A stretch of DNA of 64,000 bases from Cladosporium halotolerans (lineage: Eukaryota). The notes under the pieces are model-generated. The model saw nothing but the letters and a program-made list of their open reading frames with translations, had not been told where the DNA came from and did not search any database. The position numbers and the translations under genes are program-made. Below, one piece after another: positions 25,854-37,364 of this stretch. The stretch's first letter is position 1; the number at the start of each line of letters is the position of its first letter. Where the stretch lies: contig NW_027191453.1 of NCBI RefSeq assembly GCF_011745625.1, positions 248,001-312,000 on the forward strand, read 5' to 3'.

Positions 25854-27981
25854 ATGTCCGACTCCGATAGCAGCGGGCTCTCGTCCGCGCCCGAGGAAGA
25901 AGTCAAGAAGCTGGCGCCCATTTTCCAGCGCGCAAAGAAGGCCACCAAGGCCGCCGCGCCTCCCCCGAAGGCCTCCCCTCCTCGGCCCAAGAGGGCACCT
26001 TCACCACCTCACGAAGAGACTCTGGCCGACAACCCCGACATCGCCGTAAGTCGCATACGCTGTAGACGCGAAATGGCGCGCTCGTGACGCGCGTTTCGCG
26101 CCGTCGTCGCCCTCCACGGCTCCGTCGCTAACTTTTTGGGCGCAGTTCATCGTTATGTTCCGATCGCGGTTTTCCGACCATTTCCCTTCGAAGCTGGCGC
26201 ATGTGGGACCTCAGGATCTTGAAAGAGGCGTGCAAGAGGGCGTGCCGTCGCGAGAGGTGGAAGGGACGCTGTGCGCGTTGCTGGGCTTGGTGTTGAACAG
26301 GAAGAAGCCTGTGGAGTATGTCATCCTACATTGGTTCGGATGGAACGAATAAATTGAGAAGACATGCGCGTGCAGTACGCGCTGCTACAAGGACAAATGC
26401 TGACAAGGCGACAGACATGGCCACTACGGACGCGCACTGGAGGAAGCCGTCTCCGCCAACAAATCGCAATGGCCCTACAAATGGAAGGGCCTCAACCCGC
26501 TGCACGGCGGACAAGACTTCAACAAGATGTCACCCGAGAAGAGAGTGGGTATCTGGACAACGCTACCGTTCACCAAATCTCCGCTAACCACGTCGTGCTA
26601 GCTCGACCTCCTCCGAACCCTGATCCTGTGGTCGCTATCCTCCTCCGACGAAATCTCACAGCGCATCAAGGACTCTTACAAGCAGGCCCGTCACGCCGAC
26701 GACGAAAACCAGCCGCTATCGGTGCAGCCATGGGGCAGAGACGGCGACAAAAGGCGATACTTCCTGATCGAGGGCCAAGACGACACCAGCTTCCGAATCT
26801 ACCGCGAGAACCACAGATACACCCGCAACGCGCAATGGTACAACATGGGCGGCAGCATCGAGGAGATCAGAGTGCTCGCCGAGAGACTGGACAAGGAAGA
26901 CGGCACGCAAGCAGCGCGGACTCTCGGAGGGCGCATTGTGAACGCCATTGGGCGCTTCGAGCAGGGAGAGGAGGTATGATTGCACTCCCGGACGCAGTTT
27001 CTTGCAATTTAAGTTCATGCTGACACAAACCCCCAGAAACGCCGCCGTCGCGAATATCGTCAGGCCCGCCGCGCAGCTTTCACTCGCCCCGAGCCCGGCT
27101 TCTCCCTCTACGAAGGCCGCACCCGCGGCAAGCGCGCGCGTTACACCTACGACGAGGACGATTACGACGACACTTTCTCCGACGCGACTACGAACCGCCG
27201 CTCGAATCGCCAGTCTGGACGTAGCACGCCGGCTGACATTGGGCCGCAGTACACCAACAGCGGTCGGCAGGTTAGGCCAAGACAGGGCGGAGAGTATGGT
27301 GCGAGCCTGTTGAGCACGCAGGCAGCGAGTCCTGACGAGTTGGGTCCGGGTTACAGTGACGACAGGGATGCTAGCGATAGCGAGCAGCCCGTTCGAGGCG
27401 GCGCGAGAGCAGCGCGTGCCACTAGAGGAGTTGTCAATGGAGGGAGCCGTCTTAAAAAGAGGAAGCGCGTCAGTGATGACGATGATGACGAGGGCTCGCT
27501 GGATGATCTGAGCGACGACGCGCCTTCAGGCGAGGAGTGGGATAGCCAGGCAAACGACGACGCAGACGATGCGATGCCGGATGCGGACGACGAAAGCGAC
27601 GAGCTCGACGAGGAGGAAGAGGATGATGCCGAGCCAAAGAGCTTGGTCATCACGCTCAAAACGAGCAGCAAGCCGCAAACGAACGGTGTGGCCTCAGCGC
27701 CACCCTCGTCCGACCCGCAGAATGCCGACGACTCTACTGCAGCCGGTGCGACGAAAGCAGAGCCCAGCACATCTGGCCTCGTCGATGGGTCGCACACCGC
27801 TTCCACTTCATTGCACCCTCCGGAGGCAGAACCCAAACAGACAGAATACCCGACCCCGACTTCTACAATCGCCGGTGTCGACAAGTCTCTCCTGGGAATG
27901 GCTGCAAAGCCGCAGTCCTCGACGTTACACCAGGCGAGCGAGGAGAAACCGGCTGACGGAGCTCCCACCACAGAGGCATAA
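25854..27981 (+). CDS. WHIM1-domain chromatin protein (possible ISWI accessory subunit); introns 26046-26145, 26316-26414, 26545-26601, 26974-27036
   Basis: Spliced frame reads NPDIAFIVMFRSRF...LVLNRKKPVE HGHYGRALEEA...LDLLRTLILWSL...QPWGRDGDKRRYFLIEG...YEGRTRGKR, followed by an acidic tail. Four canonical introns keep the frame. Confidence 0.82.
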
Positions 27982-28408
27982 TGAGGTTTTTCTTTTGTCG
28001 ACTGTCTGTTCGGCATTGAATGGGTTCTAGCGTAATCGGAATTGCATCGCAAGGGCTTGGTTTCGAAAGTTCGTTTTGGCAAGAGCTGAGGGTTTGGTGA
28101 GCTCTCTTCACGGGACGTAATCACGGCGAGGACGGACTGGCATGGTCTAGCATGTCCATAGAATAGCAAATTACCACGAGTTTGGCTATTGCTTTCTTTT
28201 GACTCAACTTGCTCTGACAAACACACAGAATCACATCAGAGACCGTGAGCTTGACGCAATGAGAACCGTTTCCGGCGGAGCTTCCTATGGCGGAGGACTG
28301 GACTTGGTGCATGTATGCTAGTTCAGCATATACTTGAGCAATTCACACTTATCACTACCAGTATGTACAGCCCTTCCAACCCTCCTCCTGCCCTCGAATC
28401 ACACCCCT

Positions 28409-31071
28409 CTAAGGGTACATGTAGCCATCGCCACCGTGCGTGATCATGCTCTGATCAGTCCACACATTCCCGATGGCCGCCGTGTGCACACCGATATCCA
28501 CGTCCCTCCGAACAGCATGCTTCTTCGCGACCCCACGCTTCCTGTACCCGTCCGGCCCAAGACCGCCCGCAACACAGTGGCTCTCGCCGTTGAACGCCGT
28601 GTCCGCGACCGTCTTCCACACCGCCTCCTGGTCCACGACCATCTCCGGCGTGTAGTAGATGCGGCAGTCGGCGGGCTCGTAGACGAAGTGCAGCGGGGTC
28701 TGGGCCTCGTCGCCCTCGCGGATGCCGTCACGCGCGTTGACGACGTAGTTCGTCGCGCGCAGCAGCGGCAGGTCGCTGTAGGCGCCGAGCGCGGTCGAGT
28801 TGGCGTAGTAGGCGGCGTCGTTGAGGAGCTGGTACTGGAAGGGCAGCTCGACGGAGCCGAGGATGTAGCTCCAGGGGTACGAGTTGGTGCCCTTGACGCC
28901 GCCGACGGCCTGGATGATGTCGCGCGTGGGCCGGCCGCCGAGCGCGATGGTCTTGACGTTGGCTTGCTGGCGCATGAACTCGGAGAAGATGGTGCAGGTG
29001 CTGGCGCAGTAGCCGTCGTAGACGACGACAATGTTTTCCGCGGCGAAGGGCTGCGCGGTGATATTGCTGCGGTTGAGGTAGCCGGATACGTAGATGCCGC
29101 CGCTGTTGTCCGGTGTGAGAGGGTCGGAGAGGTTCCTGAAAGAAGTTTGGTCAGCCATGTATCGAATGTCTTGCGGTTAGATCCGTTCTTACCATCGCTG
29201 CAAGGTGGTGTAGTTGTCGGGTCCGGGACCGTAGGCGTGAGGACCGTACTTCTCGTCCCAAGAACTGAATGGCTCATAATCGACGTTTGCATCCGTTCGG
29301 TAGTTGAAGGTACTGGACACAGTATCACGAACAGTCTGGTTGAGGTCCAAGCTACGAACAAACTCGCCCGAGTACTTGCTCACTTCTTCTCCGACCAGGT
29401 CGAAAGCCTCATGAGCACGGAATCGGCTGGCACCGTAAGGCAAGATTTGAGGGAACAGCTGAGTGAACAGGTCATATCCTTGCAGGATAGTGCCTCCGCC
29501 ATTGGCAGAGACGTCAATGATCAGCTTCTTCTTACCCTGCGCTACGGCTTGATCAATGAGATACGTATTGACGGCCTGAAAGTTTTCTTGCTCGCCAGCG
29601 CCTCCGACAAAAGAAGGCACCGACAGAACAGCCACGTCATCATAGCCCTCGCCATCGAGGAAGTAGCCAGAGTTGGCATTGCCAGCCCCACGAATGATGG
29701 GAGTCGGGTAGCCTGGCGCCGGGATAGTCGTGGAAGTGCTGCTAGTCGAGGTTGAAGTTGCAGAAGATGAAGTCGAACTCGACGTAGAGGCCGCGATCTC
29801 ATCTACATACTGTGGCTCGTCCGGAGGGAGAGTGAAGAACTCGCGGTAGATGTCGGCGCCAGAGGTGATGTTGTCAAAGGGAGCCAAGACTCGTGCAAAG
29901 TTTTCGTTGGTGACCGTCGTACCGTTGGCAAAAGTGAGCGTGGTCGCCTCACCAGGGTAGATCCTGGCTCCTCTTCCACCGCCACTGAACGTGCCAGTGC
30001 CAGTTCCGCTTGTACCCAGAGACACCTGTGCGAGAGTGTAGAATAGGTTGTTCCACAGAGCATCGCGGTCCTGAAGACTTCCGTATTGCGACCAGTTCAG
30101 CAAGAACTCAGTGGCGTTCTGGCCGTCAATCTCGACGAGCGGCGAAGGTGTGAAAGTCGCGTTCCCGAAGCTCGCAGTAAGCACGTCTGCGTACGCGTAC
30201 ACTTCAGGCGTACTCTGGCCGTCCAGGGAGACGGAAACTAGGGGCGTCGCGCGGCCCCAAGAGAATATCCCAGTCACAGAGTCCGGGTAGTACACGAAGT
30301 GCCCATCGTGTGTCTTTTGGAACTGTGAAATTGTTAGTCTGGACAAGCAAAACGGTTGAATCGCGTCAAGATGATCTTGTTTATCGTATTCCAAACAGAT
30401 TGCCAGGGAAGACGGATCGCACTCACCACTTCGTAAAGGTCGAAGCCGAACGCGAACTCGTTGTCGTAGCCGTTGCTTTCGGCTGTGTCATAGATCTTTT
30501 CAAATGCTGCCCAGAAGTCGTACGGCTCTTGAATTTTCTCCGCGTACTCAGCAGGCGGGTCTCGAATGTAGTCCACCGTTGACTGCCAATCGAGGTATGG
30601 TCTGATCGAGTCGAGCAACTCAACGGCAGCCGACGAGTTAAATGGAACACTCGTGATGCAATCGTATGCGAGCTTTGCGGGAACGGTAGGAGTGGCAGCA
30701 GGGTCGGCTGCGGCTAGCTTCGAGACGCTGGCACACGCTCCTGTTCCTACGCTTGTGGTTGCGGTGGGATAAGGCGGTGCCGAAATTGTTGCTGTTCCAT
30801 TGTAGCTGCCGCCAGTCGGAAAACCATAGGTGCTCGATTGAGTACTGGTTGGCGGCGCTTGAGGTGGGGTGTAAATAGAAGGCTTAGGCCTACATGCAGG
30901 TTGATCAGTAAATGCCGTTGCGATCGACAACAAAATGCTCATGGTAGCTAATGTTGTGTTCAAGCTCCCAACATACCATCCATGTGGCTTCTTTTGGAAG
31001 TGCCATTTATCCTTTTCGACTGGCGACGCCGCGGCGCCTGCCACCAAGGCGAGTGCGACGATCTCTCGCAT
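28409..31071 (-). CDS. Secreted peptidase family S41 (CPAF-like) protein; introns 30890-30976, 30323-30426, 29136-29192
   Basis: Signal peptide MREIVALALVAGAAASP. Motifs AKLAYDCITSVP, HDGHF, IDVSANGGG, DGYCASTC, GGRP..IQAVGGVKG and FVYEPADCRIYYT. Confidence 0.9.
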
Positions 31072-32302
31072 GACGGTTTGCGCAAGAGGATTGAGGTGAG
31101 AGGAAAGAGCGAAGGATGCGCAAATACACGAGGAACGGTATGTGAGGGGAGAGTGGGAGACTTCAACTTATCTCTAATGCGCTCCCGGCGCACTCAGCAG
31201 GGCGATCGCGTCAACGCGGGCCTGAAAAGGTCATACATCACCGGCGCTGCACTTTGGTTGATAGCACGGCATCTGAACCCAGTCCGATGTGCATTGTGTC
31301 AACCGTATGCGGCAGCTCGCTCGGAACCGGGCACGTTGTCTGTGTAATAAATTGGTATGCTACCCTGCGGAACGAGGGGTACCTACGCTACGGTGGTAAT
31401 AGTGGGAGCTTAGCTGTGCCGAGTGACGATCTGGCGCTGAGACTAAGGATACTGATGGGGGCCCAGTGGAGAGCGGATGCAGGACGTAGTAGTGCATTTC
31501 ATGCGCGCAGGATGTAGTGCGTTCTTCGCGCATAAGCTCCGGTGGTGATGCAGAGGAGCCCACGCTGGCAGCCTTGTGGCACCGCATGTGGCCGTGGGAA
31601 CGTGCAACGACATGGCGTGCCGGCGACAGGCAGGTCTGACATATTAAAGACGATGTGGACACATGTGGAACGTGCCAGTCGATAGGACGTGTCTGCATGT
31701 CGTGTCCTCATCGGAGATGCTACTGCATCTTGGCGCGAAGGTCCCAAACAGGAAGCTGTTGTAGTAGTCGGGGGTGCGTATCGCGCGATAGTCGAGATAG
31801 CACAGACCAGTCAGGCCGCCGGATTTCACTCTATTGAATCAAAGCTAGCAATACGACGGACCGTCTGGTCAACAACGAGCTTCCTGTTTGGATAAAAGCT
31901 TGGAAGTCACTTCGAGGGTTCAGATCTGACGTGCGGTCAACGGTCAATCCTCCGGCAGATCCGATGCCGAGGACCCTCTCCAAGACGCCGGCAGCGGCGC
32001 TGGCGAAGAGTAAAGTCGCCTTTCATCGCCATTTGCGAATACATACCACGCGATCAGAGCTCGGCCAGACTGGCAACATTCACGACGGAAGCCTTCGCTG
32101 CCCACCAGCAGCGCGAGCTCTTGTCCAGATCCAGTTGCGAATGCGAGCGCCTCTTTTCCACATGTAGGCGAGTTCCCATGCAAGGAACGTCATGACTTGT
32201 TGCACTCTACGCGGCTTACCTAGTCGATAAGGTAGGAGTCTGTCTAGAAAAAGAACAATTTACGCTCTTGTTCATCATTGCTTCCACAACTATCTGAAAA
32301 CC

Positions 32303-33475
32303 ATGACACCACGAATTACAGTCACACAAACAGAATCGCGCAATCCTGACTCTACACCCTCGAAACAGCACCACATAGGCCAACCGCCGACCCACTTCAA
32401 AAATCCATGGCCCTCAGCAGGCGAGGCTCACGGCTTCCGCGAGGTCCTATCAACAAGGTTCGGAAAAGAGAGGAACTTTGTGCCGGTGCCGCAAGGTCCT
32501 GATGGAACACGGTCGGAAGAGTTGGTGAAGATAGTCAAGCCAGACTTCGGCGCGGACAAGGGGGACAAGCTGCGCGCGACGTGGATAGGCCACGCATCGG
32601 TCCTCGTCGAGTTCCCGGCCGCTGCTGGGGCGGAGAGAGGTGTGCGCGTGCTCTTCGACCCTGTCTTCGCCGACCGCACGAGTCCTTTCAGCTGGCTAGG
32701 GCCCAAGCGATATAGCCCCACGCCCTGCACTGTTGAGGAACTGCCGGATGTGGATGTTGTTTGTATTTCTCACAATCACTACGATCATCTGGACCACGAT
32801 GCAGTCAGCCGACTGCATACGAAGAGCCAGGGACGAATCCACTTCTTTGCCGGGCTAGGCAACAAGAGCTGGTTCACGCAGCATGTGAATTGCCAGGATC
32901 ATGAAGTGACAGACTCAGACTGGTGGGACAGCTACCTGGTGAAGGTCGAGGAAATCGGCGAGGTCAACATAACCTGCACCCCGACCCAGCATTTCTCCGG
33001 ACGGACACCGTTCGACTCCGGCCAGACGCTCTGGTGCTCTTTCGTTGCTGAAGCAGCAGGGAAGAAGCTGTATTTCTCCGGCGACACTGCATACCAAGCT
33101 GTCAACACTCCCACGCCCTGTCCTGTGTTCAAGGAGATCGGTGAAGTCTTCGGTCCCTTCGATCTTGCTTTCCTGCCGATAGGCCTATACAGCCCGCCCA
33201 GTTTCATGGGCAACGTGCACGCCACGCCCGAGCAGAGTGTATGCATTCACAAAGACATCAGAAGTAAACTTAGCATCGGCATGCATTACGGGACGGTCAG
33301 GGGAGGATTGAGCGGGCAGTACGAAGATGTACGAGAGCCACCTCAGAGGTGGCGCGAAGCTGCAACAAAGGAAGGATTCTGGCGCGGAGGTGGAATTACA
33401 GGAGACGGCGGTCCGGTTGACTGCGACAACGAAGGTGTTGGCCTCTGCAACATTGGCGAGACCGTCGCTGTTTGA
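32303..33475 (+). CDS. NAPE-specific phospholipase D-like metallo-beta-lactamase fold hydrolase
   Basis: FKNPWPS, ATWIGHAS, DPVF, ISHNHYDHLD (HxHxDH), QHFSGR, YFSGDT, LPIG and GMHYGT. Confidence 0.92.
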   Translation: MTPRITVTQTESRNPDSTPSKQHHIGQPPTHFKNPWPSAGEAHGFREVLSTRFGKERNFVPVPQGPDGTRSEELVKIVKPDFGADKGDKLRATWIGHASVLVEFPAAAGAERGVRVLFDPVFADRTSPFSWLGPKRYSPTPCTVEELPDVDVVCISHNHYDHLDHDAVSRLHTKSQGRIHFFAGLGNKSWFTQHVNCQDHEVTDSDWWDSYLVKVEEIGEVNITCTPTQHFSGRTPFDSGQTLWCSFVAEAAGKKLYFSGDTAYQAVNTPTPCPVFKEIGEVFGPFDLAFLPIGLYSPPSFMGNVHATPEQSVCIHKDIRSKLSIGMHYGTVRGGLSGQYEDVREPPQRWREAATKEGFWRGGGITGDGGPVDCDNEGVGLCNIGETVAV

Positions 33476-33717
33476 GGTCGGTGGCCATTGTGAACTCGCC
33501 TGCCTGGGCATGCGCGCTGAAGAGTCTACTCGAGAAGAGAGAAAGTGAAAGGCGAAGGGCTCGTTTCCAAATACGCTATATTGTCGGATCCAAGTGATAA
33601 AGGCCAAAGACAAGCATTACGCCAGTTGCTAGACGCCACCGCGCTCGCCACGATCAGGCCCGCACCTCATTAAGGCCAGATCCCAACCTCTGTCTTCCGG
33701 CAACAAAAACCCGACCA

Positions 33718-34112
33718 TCAAACCCCGTCTCCTCCCTTTTTCTTCTTAAATTCAAACCCAATCGCCTTCAACGTCGCAAGCTTACACTCCGGTGACGCGT
33801 CCCGCAGCACGCCCTCCAGCAGGCACATGTTGCGCGCGTCGTCGTCCTCGTCCGTGCCCGGGCACGCCGCCATGTAGGGGGTTTTGTCGCTCTTCAGCAT
33901 GTCCTTGCACGTCTCCTTCATCTTGAAGAAGCCGGAGGCGCCGCCGCGGCGCTCGAGGTGGGGGGTTGCTGGGGTTGGGTTAGTGGGGTGGTGAGGGGAG
34001 CAGGGAAAGGGGGAAAGGGCGTACCGGCTTGGACCTCGTGGGTGTGAGAGGCTGGGTGCGCGGATGTCGAGAGGACGGTAGCGAGGAGGAAGAGGGGGTG
34101 TGTGAGCTGCAT
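33718..34112 (-). CDS. Small secreted protein (112 aa, 4 Cys) with a putative Kex2 prodomain; intron 33969-34024
   Basis: The 56-nt intron GTACGC..CACTAAC..CCCAG joins two track ORFs in frame: MQLTHPLFLLATVLSTSAHPASHTHEVQAATPHLERR-GGASGFFKMKETCKDMLK...MAACPG...NMCLLEG...PECKLATLKAIGFEFKKKKGGDGV*. Confidence 0.78.
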
Positions 34113-34613
34113 TTTGGGTGGTGGGTTGTCGGGCTTTCTGGAGAGTCCGAGATTGATGTTGTTTGTGGATGGTTTGTAGGAGGGAAGGGAGCGATGGGTG
34201 GTGGCATTTATTTTTCCGCGGCGTCGGTGCTTTGAAGAGTTGTCAACTCTATAAGAGTACTACGTTCTCAGCAAATCCGCGTGAGCGTGCTCAATCCAGT
34301 CGAAAGACGCTGACCACTTTGTAGTTGGAGAATATCAGCCATCACACACGCATTGTTGAATGCTGACCACTTTGCACCTAAAGGGAAGAAGTTCTCAAAC
34401 GTGCAACATAGTGACATTTTCATTGGAGCCAAAGAAGAGGGTATCGTCTATTCGAGGTTTGAATCGTCCATCCATACAGCAAGGCCAAACCGAAAACTCC
34501 ATCGACACCGTGTCTCCACCCTGCCCATGCCCTCACAATCTCAGCGCAGCTTGGCACCGCCAGAACGCCCCGTGAATTTCCTGATCGAACACCGTCCCCC
34601 AAAAAAAAGCAAA

Positions 34614-37364
34614 TCACTCCATGCTGACCTTCACACCATACAGCTCCAGGCGCGCCAAAACCCTCTTGCGGCAGACGGGGCAGATTTCGATCTGCGCCGC
34701 GCACTCCTTGCACGCCAGCACGTGGCCGCACTCGTAGAAGGCCGTGGTCATGTCCTTCTCGTAGCAGATCTGGCAGCGGCCCTTGTCCTCGTCCGTGACG
34801 GTGCCGCGCAGCACGAAGCTGCCGGAGCGCTTGCCTTCCCTCCAGCCGCCCTCGAAGACGTTGCCCGTCGCGCGCTCCGCGTACGTGCCCTGCCCGTCTT
34901 GCTTGCCTTCGACCCAGTCGCCGGTGTAGGTGTTGCCCGTCGCGGCGTAGGTGATTGTGCCTTTGCCCGATGGGAAGCCCTGGGCGAAGGTCCCGGTGTA
35001 TTCGTCGCCGTTGGCGCGGATGAGGTGGCCCTCTCCATGGTAGGTGGTGCTGTCCACGAGCGCAGAGCCCTGGTAGTACTCGCCGGAGAAAAAGTTGACG
35101 GTGATCTGCCGTGTCTTTTCGGGAGCTCCGCGCGCATCCTTGTACTCGCGGCGCTCCACCGTGATTCCATTCGGTGCGCCGCCGATCGTCGCACTCACTT
35201 GCAGCGGCGTGCGACTGCCGTCGTCTTCTGCATCGCTCATTACCACATCCTCGCCATCCATGGGATTCGATTCCACATCGTGAGGGTTCAAGAGACCTTG
35301 GTGGCCTAATTGCGGCTGTAGCGGACGGTCCATGGCAGCTCCAAAATCGATGACGTTGGCAGCAGGCGCGTGGTTCTTTTCATGGTCTTGAGCAGGCTTG
35401 CCCGCACTCCCTGGCTTGACTCCCTCCAGCGCACGACGCGGCTTGCGAACGGTCTCCGGAATATTCCAATGCTCTTCAGCCGGCAGCGCGAAGGTGTACG
35501 CTGCGATGTCATCGCGGACGTACATGACCAGGTAGGGAACCGCGTCCTTGTCCAGAGGTTCGACGGGCGGAGGCCTGTGGAACGAGTATTCGTTGGAGAT
35601 ACTGGCGGCGTCGCTACGGCTGAGGTCGGCATTCATGGCCTGCTTCTGCGTCAGGCAACGCACTTGGCCAGCCTCATAGGAGTACCATCTGGCACCAGGT
35701 CCACCTGGCCGAACGAAAGGGGTGTAATCGTTCATGCCAAGAGCGCCCGAATGCTTCACAAAGGCGTACAGCGAGTACGTCATTCCGTCGTACTCTATGT
35801 GCTCGTCGAGATCGACATGGTTGGTGATCTTCTCCCACTTTCTCTTCTTCTGGCAAAAGTGTTGACGTTCAAGCTCGAGCGTAAGGACCGCAGGGGTTTC
35901 TTGCTGAGACGTGGACTTGCGCACCGCTGCTTGTACCGAGGACTGGTCCTTCGTAGCCAGCCTCTTATCGCAGACCGGCACGCACGAAGAGCTAAATTCC
36001 GCGAACAATCTCTCAAATTCCCCAAGCAGCTCGCCAGAGCACTCTTCCTTCAGCCTGTCGCTAATTTGCTGAAGCACTTGAACGACATCGCAGCCATCAG
36101 GTAGGACTGAGTATTTGAGGTGCTTCCGCTTTAAGCGCCGAGCCATCATTTTGTCTAGGAATGTCTGCATCAGGATGAACAGCACGCTGCTGGACTTGTG
36201 CTTGTACAGAAGGTCGCGGAACGGGCGCAGATGAAGCAAAAGCATCGTAGCTGCAATCTGGGGCGACAGGCTGTCGAACGGGCGGAGACCAGTCGCAGAG
36301 AGGCTTGCCTCCGTGCCGGGGAAGTTTGTGTCCCACATACAGCCTGTCGGGTCATGAATTATGCGAATGTATGCTGAGAAAGCAAGCTTGTCGTTACGAA
36401 GAATGGCTTGTCGCTGGCCATGCATACGAATGCCAAAGTCATGGCGTCCGCTGCGAGTGAAGTACTTCCAGCCAAAATCTGGTGCCTTCTTGTGGTATTG
36501 ATGGGCGTCAGTTTTCGATTCATACACACGGGGTTCAGCGGGATTGTACATGACCACTGAAACCTGTGCCGCGATAGAGTTCCTCTTTGACATCTTCGGC
36601 GAGCCTGCGAGAACGGGGAATGCCGGCGTATTTAGCTCGGTCCTGTCCTTGTAGTCTGAACCCAGCATCGTCACATTCTCGAGGTAGACGCTGAGGTACT
36701 CGGTGCGGTTGCCCTTTGGGTAAAATTTGATTTGCCATTCGTAGCCGCCGATCGACACGACCTGGGACTTCATTATCAAGTCCCTGTTGGGCTTCTCTTT
36801 CGTGCCGTTGTAGTTCTCAACAAGCCAATCAATGCGACCGCTCTCGCCAGGCACCAGTTCCGGGTCATTCAAGTCGAAAAACGTCTCTTTCTCCCAGTAG
36901 GCGTGGTCCAAGGCGCTGTGCTCCTCCTTCGATTCGATGTACTTCAGTTCATCTTCGCAAGGCAGTGTCTGGTCCTCATTGATGGGTTGCCAGCGAAAGA
37001 GAGTTCCTTCTTGTTCATCCTCTTCATCCTCTTCGTCGTCATCCTCATCGTCATCATCTTCGCCGTCTTCCCCAACACTACCATCGTCGCCGTTCCGCCC
37101 TTCTGATTGAGACTGCGGTGCTGCAGCCGGCCGCGGATCCCGCCTTTCGGCAGTATTGTCTGGCACGTTTCCTCCAACAGTGGGCATTACTGGCGGAGGA
37201 GGTACGAGCATGGTAGAGTGAGAAAGCTCCATCGCTGATACAGTGCCTGGTGATTCTGGCATATTGCCTTCGTGAGCGGGGAACGGTGGCAGAGCAAAAG
37301 GTGCACCGGAGTCAGAGAGCGGCTGGAAGGCCTGTATCGGCGGGAGGTGGGGCGGCGTCGCCAT
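34614..37364 (-). CDS. MATH domain + degenerate USP/UCH domain + MORN repeats + C-terminal RING finger protein
   Basis: MATH: IGGYEWQIKFYPKGN, YLSVY, DFGW. USP remnant: PAVLTLELER, YSLYAFVKHSG. MORN: YHGEG, YTGTFAQGFPSGKG, YTGDWVEGKQDGQG, FEGGWREGKRSG. RING: CQIC..CGHVLACKEC..CPVCR. Confidence 0.9.
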   Translation of the reverse strand: MATPPHLPPIQAFQPLSDSGAPFALPPFPAHEGNMPESPGTVSAMELSHSTMLVPPPPVMPTVGGNVPDNTAERRDPRPAAAPQSQSEGRNGDDGSVGEDGEDDDDEDDDEEDEEDEQEGTLFRWQPINEDQTLPCEDELKYIESKEEHSALDHAYWEKETFFDLNDPELVPGESGRIDWLVENYNGTKEKPNRDLIMKSQVVSIGGYEWQIKFYPKGNRTEYLSVYLENVTMLGSDYKDRTELNTPAFPVLAGSPKMSKRNSIAAQVSVVMYNPAEPRVYESKTDAHQYHKKAPDFGWKYFTRSGRHDFGIRMHGQRQAILRNDKLAFSAYIRIIHDPTGCMWDTNFPGTEASLSATGLRPFDSLSPQIAATMLLLHLRPFRDLLYKHKSSSVLFILMQTFLDKMMARRLKRKHLKYSVLPDGCDVVQVLQQISDRLKEECSGELLGEFERLFAEFSSSCVPVCDKRLATKDQSSVQAAVRKSTSQQETPAVLTLELERQHFCQKKRKWEKITNHVDLDEHIEYDGMTYSLYAFVKHSGALGMNDYTPFVRPGGPGARWYSYEAGQVRCLTQKQAMNADLSRSDAASISNEYSFHRPPPVEPLDKDAVPYLVMYVRDDIAAYTFALPAEEHWNIPETVRKPRRALEGVKPGSAGKPAQDHEKNHAPAANVIDFGAAMDRPLQPQLGHQGLLNPHDVESNPMDGEDVVMSDAEDDGSRTPLQVSATIGGAPNGITVERREYKDARGAPEKTRQITVNFFSGEYYQGSALVDSTTYHGEGHLIRANGDEYTGTFAQGFPSGKGTITYAATGNTYTGDWVEGKQDGQGTYAERATGNVFEGGWREGKRSGSFVLRGTVTDEDKGRCQICYEKDMTTAFYECGHVLACKECAAQIEICPVCRKRVLARLELYGVKVSME

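Noticed and set aside
26316..26414. Internal tgcagtacgc in WHIM1-gene intron 2 suggesting a stwintron or recursive splice site
   Set aside because: No internal branch point, and the base before the donor is A rather than the G needed to rebuild a donor.
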